This document shows positions 29,071 through 38,971 of a stretch of 64,000 nt of DNA, one piece after another. Origin of the DNA: Flavobacteriales bacterium (GTDB lineage: Bacteria; Bacteroidota; Bacteroidia; Flavobacteriales_F; PHOS-HE28); NCBI GenBank assembly GCA_020635715.1, contig JACJZG010000012.1, positions 24,680 to 88,679 on the forward strand, in the 5' to 3' direction. Positions within the stretch are counted from its first letter, which is position 1, and every line of letters starts with the position of its first letter. Made by a program: the position numbers and the translations under genes. The notes under the pieces are model-generated. The model was not told the DNA's origin and searched no databases. It worked only from the letters and a program-made list of their open reading frames with translations.

Positions 29071-32000
29071 CCCGCCGGTAGCAATGTAGAAGGGAACCGT
29101 TCAGTGCAACAGCCGCGTTGTTCGCGCGGTGACCGTGCGGTCGAGTCCGCGTTGGGCCGTCGGAGCCGGCGCGATCGTGAAGGCTCACGTTGTCGCTCAC
29201 GGCGTTGCAGTTGCTGCTGCCTACGGTCGTGGAGGGGAGTGAGCGTCATCAAAGCGCAGTACGTTCGGCGGCGCTGGCGGCACACCGTGCCTGGCGTCGT
29301 GTTGTTCGGTTGTAGGTGCCCTGCGCCACCGCTCCGTGATCACCCTGGTCGATACCGTGAAGGAGCTGTTCAGTGTGATGTCTGCGCGGTTCGCGCACAC
29401 ACTTCGTCGCGTTTGCACCAGCATCCACTGCCGGTGCTGCGTGAAGGCGATCACCGGCTGTCGGAAATGGCGCGCTGCAGCTGCTACTGCCGGTCGGCTG
29501 GCGGTCAGTGGTCAGCGTACCCGCAGCCAGTTCAGCGGGGTCGGCGGTAGAAGGTTGCGTTGATGTCGTGCGTTGTTCGGCGTGAAGGATCCCGCACCAC
29601 TGCTCCAGATGCCGCCCGGCGACCGTCACGCTTCCGCCCAGGCCACGCCTGCGTTATTGCAGCAGAGTGTCAGGTCCGGACCAGCGTTGGCCGTCGGACC
29701 GGGGTGAAGTTCAGCTGTACCTCGACCGGTCACAGTGATAAGGCGGTGCCGTTGCCGGTCGTGGTCAGTGTAAGCGTCACCAGGTTGCCTTCGCGCATCC
29801 TTTCGGCCGCCGTCGGTGTGTAGGTCGCGTTGAGGTTCGTGGCGCCTGGCGCGAAAGTGCCTGCTCCACCGCTCCAGATGCCGCCTGTCGCGATCGTCAC
29901 GCTGCCACCCATAGGGGAGGCGACAGGGTTGTTGCAAAGGATTGGTCGGCGCCCGCGTTGGCTGTCGTGGACAGGTGTTATCGCGTAGGTTACGTTATCG
30001 CTCATCATGTTGCAGTTAAGCGTTGCCGGCGGAGGTCAGCGCTGCATCACCGTTCCAGCAGTTCAGCGGCGGTGGGTGTATAGGTCGCGTCTGGCGCGGT
30101 GTTGTTCGGGAAGAGCAGGTTCCCGCCCCACTGCTCCAGGATGCCGCCAGGCGCCGGTCACGGGATCCGTTCAAACCGACCGTTGCGTTGTTCGTGCAAA
30201 TCGAACTGTTCGCACCCGCGCTCACGATCGGCGCAGGCGTGAAGCGACCACCCTTGTTACCACGACTGGGTTGCAAGTACCCGTTACCGGTACTGGTCAA
30301 GGTGAGGGTGAGCGCGCCTGCGGCCATTTCCGATGCAGTGGGTGTGTAGGGTGGCGGTGAGCGCGGTGCTGCTCGGGTTGGCTGCGCCGTGCCGCTCCAG
30401 ATGCCACCGGTGGCCCCGGTCACAGAACTACTCAAGCTCACCTGCGCATTGTTGGCGCAGAGTGAACAGGCGCGCCTGCGTTCACCACAGGAGCTGGCGT
30501 GAAGCCGATCACCATCCGGATCCGGTGACCGCCGTGCAGGTACCATTTCCGGTCGTCGCTCGCGTAAGCGGTCACAGGAGCCGCTCGATATCTCACCAGC
30601 GGTCGGCGTACCGCACCCAGCGTTGGTGGTGCTCTGATCGAAAGAGCCTGCCGCTGCTCCAGATACCACCAGTGGCAACCGTGAACGAAACCGTTCAGGT
30701 GACCACCGCAAGAAATTGCGCAGGTGACCGTGCGATCGTTGCTCGTACTGGGCTGGGCGTCGGAGTGCCGCCGGCGCGACCGTGATGCGGACGTTGTCGT
30801 CACGGCGCTGTAGCTGCTGCTGCCCACCAGGTGAAGGCAGAGCGTCACGGCGCCTGCCGTGCGCCTGCTAGCCGCGCTTCGGGTGTGTACACCCCGCGCG
30901 ATGTGGTGAATATTGTTCGGGCCAGGTGCCCGTCTGCCGCTCCATGTCGCACCGGAAGCACGGCGCATCGAGCCCGCCAGCGTGATGGAAGCGTTGTTCG
31001 CGCAAACCGTCGCGTTCGCTCCCGCATCCACCGTTGGTGCAGGTGTACGGCGATCACCTTGCTGCTGGATACCGCATTGCAGTTCCTGTTGCCCGTAGAG
31101 GTCAAGGTGAGCGTCACCGTTCCCGCGGCTGCATTTCCGGGTTGTGCGGCGTGTAGGTGGCGTTCAGGGTCGCACTGGGTTGAAGGCCCGTGCCACTCGC
31201 TCCAGGCACCGCCCGTGGCGCCGGTCACACTGCCGCCTTTGCTGACTCTGCGCATTGTTCGCGCATACCGATAAACAGCGGCACCCGTGCTCACGACGGG
31301 CGCAGGCGTGAAGTTCAATTGCATCGCTGTCCCGTCACCGCGATGCAAACTGCCGTTGCCGGTGTCGCCAGCGTAAGCGTGACGAAACCGCTTGAGACTC
31401 CCCCGGGCGTAGGCGTGTATTGAGCACCCATGTTGGTCGTCGCCTGGGTCGAAGGAGTTTCGCACCGCTGCTCCAAATTCACCGGTCGCCACGGTGAACG
31501 ATCCGTTCATCGGCTACCGCGTTGTTCGCGCAGAGTGTCTGGTCCATACCCGGCGTTCGCCGTCGAGCTGCCGCGATCGTGTACGTCATTGCTGTCGCTC
31601 ACGGCGCTGTGCAGGTGCGTTGCCTACGGTGGCGTGACAGCACGGTGCCAGCGGTACGTTCCGCTGCGCTCGGCGTACACTCCGCATTCAGTGGTGTTGC
31701 CCGCTGGTGGTAAATTTCCGGGAAGTTCTGCTCCATACCGCGCCAGCTGCGCTGCTCTGCGTACCTGCCAGCGTGATGTCCGTATCACCGCGCACACCGA
31801 CCTGCTCGCACCGGCATCCACATCGGTGCCGGGTGATAATCACCTTTGTCGTTTCGTCACCGGCAGGCAGCGCCGCTATTGCCCGTACTGCTCTGGCGTC
31901 AACGTCAAGGTGCTGTAGCAGCGACCCTGCAGCTGTCGGCGGTAACGCGTTCAGCGTCGTTGTTCGACTGTAGAAAAGCCCGCACCGCCGCTCCAGGCAC

Positions 32001-32610
32001 CACCGGTCGCGCCGGTCACCGTGCCGTTGAGGCTCACCAGCGCGTTGTTCGCACAGAGCGAAACAGCCGCACCGGCATTCACCACGGGTGCTGCCGTGAA
32101 GCTGATGAGCACCTGGTCGTTCACTGCGGTGCAATTGCCATTGCCCGTGGTGGTCATCGTCAGCGTTACCGAACCACTGGAGATCTCCGCGGCCGTCGGC
32201 GTGTATTGCGCCGACATGTTGGTCGCTCGGGTCGAAGGATCCCGCACCACCGCTCCACACACCGCCCGTGGCCACGGTGAACGAACCGTTCAGATGCACC
32301 ACCGCGTTGTTCGCGCAGCGCGTCTGGTCCGCTCCCGCATTCGCGGTCGGCGCAGGCGTGAAGGACACGAGCATGCTGTCGGCCACCGCACTGCACACAC
32401 CGTTGCCGGTAGAGGTCAATTTGATCCACACCGAACCCGCCGTCAGGTCAGCGGCGCTGGGTGTGTAGGTCGCGTTGAGGTTGCTGTTGCCAGGCAGGAA
32501 GGTTCCCGTGCCGCCCGTCCATACACCACCGACCGCGTTCAGCACGCTGCCCGCGAGCTGCACCACATTGTTGTTGCGGCACACGCTCTGATCCGGTCCC
32601 GCGTTCGGTA
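18067..32610 (-). repeat. Tandem array of 264-nt (88-aa) coding modules, with a 792-nt three-module higher-order period in the 5' half
   Basis: The plus-strand anchor TTGCAnTTGCCGTTGCC (reverse complement of the GNGNC codons) sits at 25253, 26045, 26837, 27629 and 28421 (steps of exactly 792 nt) and at 28685 (+264). The 40 intact modules were counted by their [ND]AG...C starts. About 13 further degraded modules extend up to about 32.6 kb. Confidence 0.85.
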
Positions 32611-34244
32611 TCGGCTGCGGGCTGGAAGGTCACCACCATCTCATCATCCTCTGGCGTACGGCCCCTGTCGAGGTCAGCGTCAGCGTGACTGTTCCATCGC
32701 GAGATCACCGGATGCTCAAGGGATAGGTGGCGTTCAACGAAGTAGCGCTTGGCGAGAACAACGTGCCGCTTCCGCTCGTCGTCCAGATGCCCGTTGTACC
32801 CCGCTGGAAACGCTCCCGTCAACAACACGCTGTCCCCGGCACATCGCGTCTGGTCCGCACCCGCGCTCACATCGATCCTTCCGGAGAACTCGGAGAAGAA
32901 GCCGTAGCGGCAACCCGAAGTGGCACCGCCGTTGATGATCGCCAGCGAGAACACATCGCTCGTGTTGCTCACGATGAAGGCCTGGTTCACTGGCACCTCG
33001 GTGGTGTTGTACTGATGCGCGGCCACCATCGCCGCCGGTGCCCGGTACCGTCACGAATGCCGAACCCGGTATCGTTGCTGTACCGGGTCCCGTCACCACG
33101 AAATCGTTCTGCGATCCGTTCCGAACGAGGAGATTCAGGTAGAAGGCCTCGCTGGTACTTCGCGTGAAGCTGAGCTGCGTGCTACCCGCACAATTCAATG
33201 GCGGCAGGATCGCCATGCCCTGCTCGCAACCGAAGCCGGTGACATGGATCGCGTATAGCGGCTTGGAGCCGCTCACGTAGGTCGCGTTGTTCCCACCGCT
33301 CGGCAGGTAGTCCATGTCGTGGCGGTAGTACTGGCCGGCGAAGAGCGTGGCCACCGGCGTGGTGTTGCCATCGATGTAGACCTGCGTATTGTTCTGCACA
33401 GCCATCACGAAGAGCGACTCGTCGCCGGTGGTGTTGAGCGCGCCCTTCACGGCCACGTAATCGGTGCCGAGGATGTTCACCGGCACGATCTGGTCCAGCA
33501 TCAGGTCATAGCAGCCGCCCGATGGGTTGTGGTTCGAGTCATCCTTGATCGACACCGCAACAGGCTTGTTCGAAAGCACGACAGCTCCCGAAGGGTGCGT
33601 CGCCGGGTCGGTCTGGTTGGTGCCGGTCCACGCGCAGGAATAGGTCTGGCCCCGGTTCAAGGTCACCGTGAAGGGCGTAAGCGCGGGATGACCATCCACC
33701 GGCAGGGGCGAATAGATCATCACCAGCGTCCCGTTCTCGGTGGCTACGATATCGAAGGAGGCGTAGGCCTTGTTCGGCGCGGAATAACCGTGGTTGTAAA
33801 ATGGCGCGTGCTTGTGCAGCGGGATATAGAACTCGGTACCCAGGCCATTGGCACCTTTCAGCGCTGCGATGTCGGGGTTGTTCGTGAAGCTCGGCTCATA
33901 GTAGCACGATGTCTGGAGGTGCTCTGGATGTACAAGCCGGTGTTAAGGACCGCATCCGTTGACGCGTCTCCAACTTCGAATTTTCAAGGAGGTCAGGGTC
34001 GTACTGCTGCGCCGCTGTGTTGGCCAGGTTCAGCACGACGGCTGCTCTGCTGAAGCCTGGGTTACAGGTTGCGAAATGGTCACGACCGCAGGCAGGCCCG
34101 TGGAGGTGACGTTGATGTGTATCGGCTGGTCGCCAAAGTGGGACGACGACCTCGGGAGGTGCCAGCCAGAAATTGGTACTGGTTTGGGCATGGGTCAGCC
34201 CCTGAAGAGCAGCCTGCCACTGGTGGAGGAAGTGCCTGTTTCAT
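28835..34244 (-). pseudogene. Frame-disrupted 5' third of the giant adhesin gene (signal peptide, ~550-aa unique N-terminal domain, ~13 modules)
   Basis: At least 15 collinear minus-strand ORF fragments carry module sequence or N-terminal-domain sequence (for example 32734..33723 YYEPSFTNNPDIAALKGANGLGTEFYIPLHK...). The putative start MKQALP... is at 34244, followed across frame hops by STNFWLAPPEV / SSSHFGDQPIHINVTSTGLPAVVTISQP. The first disruption is at about 28,834 (one base missing in AGC AGT GTG A-T GGT GCT ACC). Confidence 0.7.
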
Positions 34245-36773
34245 TCGGAGAAGGTCCCGGTCCATGAGTGGTGGACCGATGCTCGCCCCCACGGTCATCG
34301 ACGAAAAGGGTTCATTCTTCACGGAGGTCTGTCCACCGACTCCCCCTCGGTTCCTGGCGCGCGACCTTCCACTCACTTTGGTCCGGCTCTGCCGCCTTTG
34401 ATCACCATGCCGCGCCACCTCCTCCCGCTCGTCCTTCCGGGCTTGCTGGCCCCTGCTGGCCTGACGGTTGACGCCCGGGATGCGGACGCGCGTCTGGGAA
34501 AGCGAAGCCGCGCGACTACAGCAACGCTCCTTCGACGAACGGAGCATTCGCACGGCTCGCGCCACACAGGCGCTCTCGCGCAGGTGAACTGGTCGAGCTT
34601 GGTCTGACCGTGCTGATGGTGGAACACGCACGGGGATCTGGAAGACGAGCACTTCCACACCGGGACCACCTACCCTCGGCTTCATTGGTGACAGCCTGGT
34701 GCTGGGGCTGGTCGGTCCTGAGGATGCGGGCCTTGTAGCCAGTGACGCCACGGCGCTGGCCCAGCGCGTTGCGCTCAAGGTGGCATCCACCAACATGCGA
34801 TGGTCGCGGTGGCACCTGCACCCGGTACGCCCTGGTGCCTGCCCTGGCTCACGCCCCGATCGAGAAACCGCCACCTCCAACGCCGTTTCCACCTGTCCTC
34901 GACCTGGGCGCCCTTTACCCAACCCCGCGAAGCATCGGGTCCGTTGATAGCGGATGCGGCGGACAGCCCGTTGCTACGTCTCGCCTGGCGCGGAGATGTG
35001 ACCGGGATACAGGGCCTCCCGGATCATCGGTCGGCCTTCGTCCTGCTCCCCTGCTCAGCGCTTGCTGCCCCATCGTACGAAAGCGGTCCCATCCAGTCGC
35101 TGATCGGCTTATCGAGCGCCCTGCCTGTTCTCGATCTTCCTGGGGTTCCGCTCACTGCGTTGGCGGTGCTTCCTCTTCATACCATCCGCCCTTCTGACCG
35201 GCTCCCTGGCGTTTCCTTCGGACCCGGCCACCTATGTGGCCTCCTTCGCCTTCCCTCCTCGGGATCTGGGCATCAACGCCGCGGCCGACGCATCGCTGTT
35301 GTTCACACCTTCGACGACAGTTCAGCAAGGGCCATCACTGGTGCACCACAGTTCTACGATCCTGTTCTGGGCGCGTTTCTTGACCAGTGGTACTGGATCA
35401 CGGACACCATCATCGGTCTGGTGAACGCAGTAGGACCTGACCTATACCTACGTGCAGAACCTCACCGCGGGTGCTGCGGCCTTTGTCCGGCATCGCCCTG
35501 CCTCTTCATCGTGCGGACTTTGCTCGCGGAGACGTGCGTGCATGCCATGGCGCGCTTCCGACCTGGCTCCATGCCACATGGCTCGTAGGTGCCATGGTCT
35601 TCGTCCCTTTCCGTCATCCCGTGGTAACCATAATGGACTGGCGTGCGCGACACCGCCCTCCTTCCTCTGCCATTGCTTCCGATCGTCGCCCTGCTCGTTC
35701 ATATTACTGAACATGACCGTTCGAGGTTCATACATGCTGCAGTGGGTGTTGGCGTCCTTGGTAGGCTCACCGCGCACGTCCTCAATGGGGCATACGCGGG
35801 TCGAGAGCACCGCGAACGCCTGTGCTCGCCGAACGCCTCAGCGTTAAGGAGACCTGAAGTCGGAGGTGCTCTTCCGCGGCGGTTCTACCCCTGCGAAGCG
35901 ACACCGCCCTTCACCGCATCATCACCTCGACTAAGCGTTCCCTGCGGCCGGCGAGCTTGATGCGGCCGTTCGCTCATCTTCTTCGGGGATTCTGGGAACG
36001 GTACAGCGCGCGTCTTCGCCCCTGATGCAGTAGCCCGTGCGCCGTTCCTCCAGCTAACACACCCCGAAGCCTGGAGATCGCTAGGCTCCCTCCCTTCACG
36101 GACCACGCCGCACCCCGCCGACATGCCCGATCTCTCTTCTGAACAAGCGAGGCACCGAAGGACCTTACCGCCACGCACGACTGGTGGTGATGCTAACAAC
36201 AGACACCCCGGGTCAGCTTTATACCGAACTGCATCCACGCCCGCCTCCTGTGGTCATGGGCTTTCTCCTGACCCGCTCCTTCCGGAGATGAGGCCCCTGT
36301 CGACGGCACGATCACATGCCATCGCCCGCTATGAGCATTTGGCATGTTGTGGACCCATCCCATGTGGCGACTTCCGCTCACCTGGAACCGAGCTCGGTAC
36401 GGATGGTAGGCCTTATGGTACACTACCGCGGGAATTCGGCCCGCATCACGACCGGGACGGTCATCGTTCTGGGTCTTCCGGTACCTGGCCCATTGGACAA
36501 GGCCACCACCTTCAGCTACCTCTTCGCATTCTCTCGGCTTCCTGCTCGCACTGGCTATGGGCGCGCGCAGCATGGTACGGAAAATGAGGCATCCCCGCCG
36601 ATGGGCATCGGGGCTAAGGTCCATCGCCCCTGCTGTCCCTTCGCCGCATCAGTCTGGTCTTCTTCGGCGCCGGGGCGAACATGCTGCTGGCCGGCAGTAC
36701 ACCGAACGCACTGAGTGCCGCCATCCTCGAGAGAAGGCCCGTTCGGCACATGCAACCGTAAATAACGATTCGG

Positions 36774-38026
36774 ATGGCCAGCCGACCCTCGGGCGCATCA
36801 GGATGCCCGCCATCTGGAACATCTGTTGGCAGGCTGAGCAACATGCTCTTCTCCGACATCACGGTGTACGACATCAACGGCAGGGCATCATTTCTTCACG
36901 TCCACAGGTGTTCACGAACGGACTGCCGGCCCCTACATGGACCTGCTGGCCTTCGTGCGCCTGGTACCGAGGGCGCGGGCGACTTCGCATGAGGAATCCA
37001 TCGGCACGGCACTATACCAGAACGCCTACATGCCCCTGCGCGATCGGTCCGGTCAGGTGCTTGGCCACCTCTCGCTACCTGCGTTCGCTGATCAACGCCA
37101 GCAGGAACAGGAGCGCTCGGGTGTGCTCATCGCCGTGGTCAACCTTTTCGTGCTGCTCTTCGCCCTCAGCGTTCTCGTGGCGCTCTTCATCAGCAACTGG
37201 ACCACCCGACCGCTCGACCTCTTGAAGCGATCGCTCGCCAGCGTGGAATTGAAGGGCACCGACCGCAAGCTCCGCTACCGCGGGCGCGATGAAGTGGGTC
37301 AGCTGGTGGAGGTGTACAACCGCAAGGTGGAGGAATTGCGGGTGAGCGCAGAGAAGCTCGCGCAAAGCGAGCGGGAAAGCGCGTGGAAGGAGATGGCCCG
37401 GCAGGTGGCGCACGAGATCAAGAATCCCCTCACGCCGATGAAGCTGTCCATCCAGCACTTCCAGCAGACCCAGACCTGGCTGCAGCGGGCGCGCGGGAAC
37501 GCCCGGAATTGCCGCAGCAACAACCGAGTTTTACCCAACGGCCAGAGTTCAGCTTATTTCCGCGCAGATGCCGCCAGTATTGTTCCCCACGACCATCGAC
37601 CTCGCCGAAGTGGCGCGGACATCCGTGCAGCTCTTCGGGCATGCGCCCGGTTGCTCCGTTAAGCTCACGAGCCATGGCGAACTGCTGGTGCATGCCGATC
37701 GCGAGCACCTGCTGCGCACCTTCAACAACCTCATCAAGAACGCACAACAGGCCATCCCCGATGGGCGGCAGGGTGTGGTGGAGGTGATCCTACGGGCGGA
37801 AGGAGGCGAGGCCATCGCCGAAGTGCGCGACAATGGTGCGGGCATCCCGGCCGATACCGCCGACCATGTCTTCGTTCCGAAGTTCACCACCAAGAGCAGC
37901 GGCATGGGCCTGGGCCTCGCCTACAGGAAACGTATGGTGGAGAATGCGGGCGGGCGGGTCTGGTTCAATTAATGACAGAGGGGAGCGGCACCAGCTTCTT
38001 TGTGGCTCATGCCCTTGCAGAAGTAG
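36774..38026 (+). pseudogene. Sensor histidine kinase (extracellular Cache-like domain, TM, HAMP, HisKA, HATPase_c) with several frameshifts. The 5' limit is uncertain and probably lies upstream near 36.2 kb.
   Basis: Readable pieces sit in three frames. These are LSNMLFSDITVYDINGR / IISSRPQVFTNGL / YMDLLAFVRL...LPAFADQRQQEQERSGVLIAVVNLFVLLFAL (TM), then HAMP, then the H-box WKEMARQVAHEIKNPLTPMKLSIQHFQQT. After a frame hop come EFYPTARVQLISAQMPPVLFPTTIDLAEV...NLIKNAQQAI (N box)...DNGAGIP (G1)...GMGLGLA (G2)...GGRVWFN. Two more hops then lead to EGSGTSFFV..LPLQK*. Confidence 0.7.
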
Positions 38027-38092
38027 CCGATACCTTTGGCCAGGCCGATCAACTGACCGCCTCATTTCCTGATCATCTGATCCTTTCGGTAC

Positions 38093-38875
38093 ATGTCCTA
38101 CAAGAACCTCCTCGTCACCGACGCCGACGCCGTCCGCACCATCACCATCAACCGTCCCGACCAGCTCAATGCGCTGAACCGTGACACCATCGCCGAACTG
38201 AACAAGGCGCTGACCGCTGCCGAGGCCCACAAGAGCATCCGCGTGGTGCTGCTCACCGGCAGTGGCCAGAAGGCCTTCGTGGCCGGCGCCGACATCAAGG
38301 AGTTCGCCAACTTCAGTGTGCCCGAAGGGAAGGCCCTTGCTGCTGATGGCCAGAAGCAGCTCTTCGATCATGTGGAGCACCTCGGCAAGCCGGTGATCGC
38401 GGCCGTGAACGGATTCGCGCTCGGCGGTGGATTGGAGTTGGCCATGAGCGCACACGTGCGCATCGCCAGTGAGAATGCGAAGATGGGCCTGCCCGAAGTG
38501 AGCCTTGGCGTGATACCCGGCTACGGTGGTACGCAACGTCTGCCGCGCCTGGTGGGCAAGGGCAAGGCGATGGAGATGATCCTAAGCGCCCAGATGATCG
38601 ACGCGAACGACGCGTACCAGTGGGGCCTGGTGAACCGCGTGGTACCGCAAGAACAACTGCTGAGCACCGCGCATGAGCTGGCCGTGCGCATCATGAAGAA
38701 CAGCCCCACCGCCCTCGCCGCTGCCATCCGCGCGGTGAACGCCGGTTACGAGCCCGGCGCCAACGGCCTGCAACGCGAGATCGAGGAGTTCGGAAAGTGC
38801 TTCGGAACAGCGGACTTCAAAGAAGGGACAACGGCGTTCGTGGAGAAACGGAAGGCGAATTTCACGGGGGCGTGA
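38093..38875 (+). CDS. Enoyl-CoA hydratase/isomerase (crotonase) family protein
   Basis: 260 aa, full-length and uninterrupted. Motifs VVLLTGSGQKAFVAGADIKEF and AAVNGFALGGGLELAMSAHVRIAS (oxyanion hole). Confidence 0.9.
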   Translation: MSYKNLLVTDADAVRTITINRPDQLNALNRDTIAELNKALTAAEAHKSIRVVLLTGSGQKAFVAGADIKEFANFSVPEGKALAADGQKQLFDHVEHLGKPVIAAVNGFALGGGLELAMSAHVRIASENAKMGLPEVSLGVIPGYGGTQRLPRLVGKGKAMEMILSAQMIDANDAYQWGLVNRVVPQEQLLSTAHELAVRIMKNSPTALAAAIRAVNAGYEPGANGLQREIEEFGKCFGTADFKEGTTAFVEKRKANFTGA

Positions 38876-38962
38876 TCCACAGATGACACCGATGACGCAG
38901 ATGAGATACAGTTGTGGTCACGTCGTGGGCTGCTCATCTGTGTCATCTGCGCCATCTGCGGA
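38876..38962. repeat. Imperfect inverted repeat (30-nt arms, 27-nt spacer) built from CAGATGA/GATGAC motifs; REP-like element or terminator
   Basis: Left arm TCCACAGATGACACCGATGACGCAGATGAG (38876-38905). The reverse complement of the right arm is TCCGCAGATGGCGCAGATGACACAGATGAG (38933-38962). 25 of 30 positions can pair. Confidence 0.5.
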
Positions 38963-38971
38963 TGTACTGCA

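Noticed and set aside
17296-32610. CRISPR array, DGR variable region or silent-cassette antigenic-variation system as an explanation for the repeats
   Set aside because: The repeats are contiguous 264-nt coding modules with no spacers. No cas genes, reverse transcriptase, template repeat or recombinase are present in the window. The degraded modules lie inside the gene between its N-terminal domain and the intact modules, not in a separate archive.
34245-36773. Ribosomal RNA (16S/23S) remnant in the ORF-free stretch
   Set aside because: I found only short chance-level matches: CTTCCGGTAC, and on the minus strand ACGGAAAG and CGGCGCACGGG. Their order, spacing and orientation are inconsistent with any rRNA, and longer universal blocks such as GTACGAGAGGACCGG or GGATTAGATACCC are absent.
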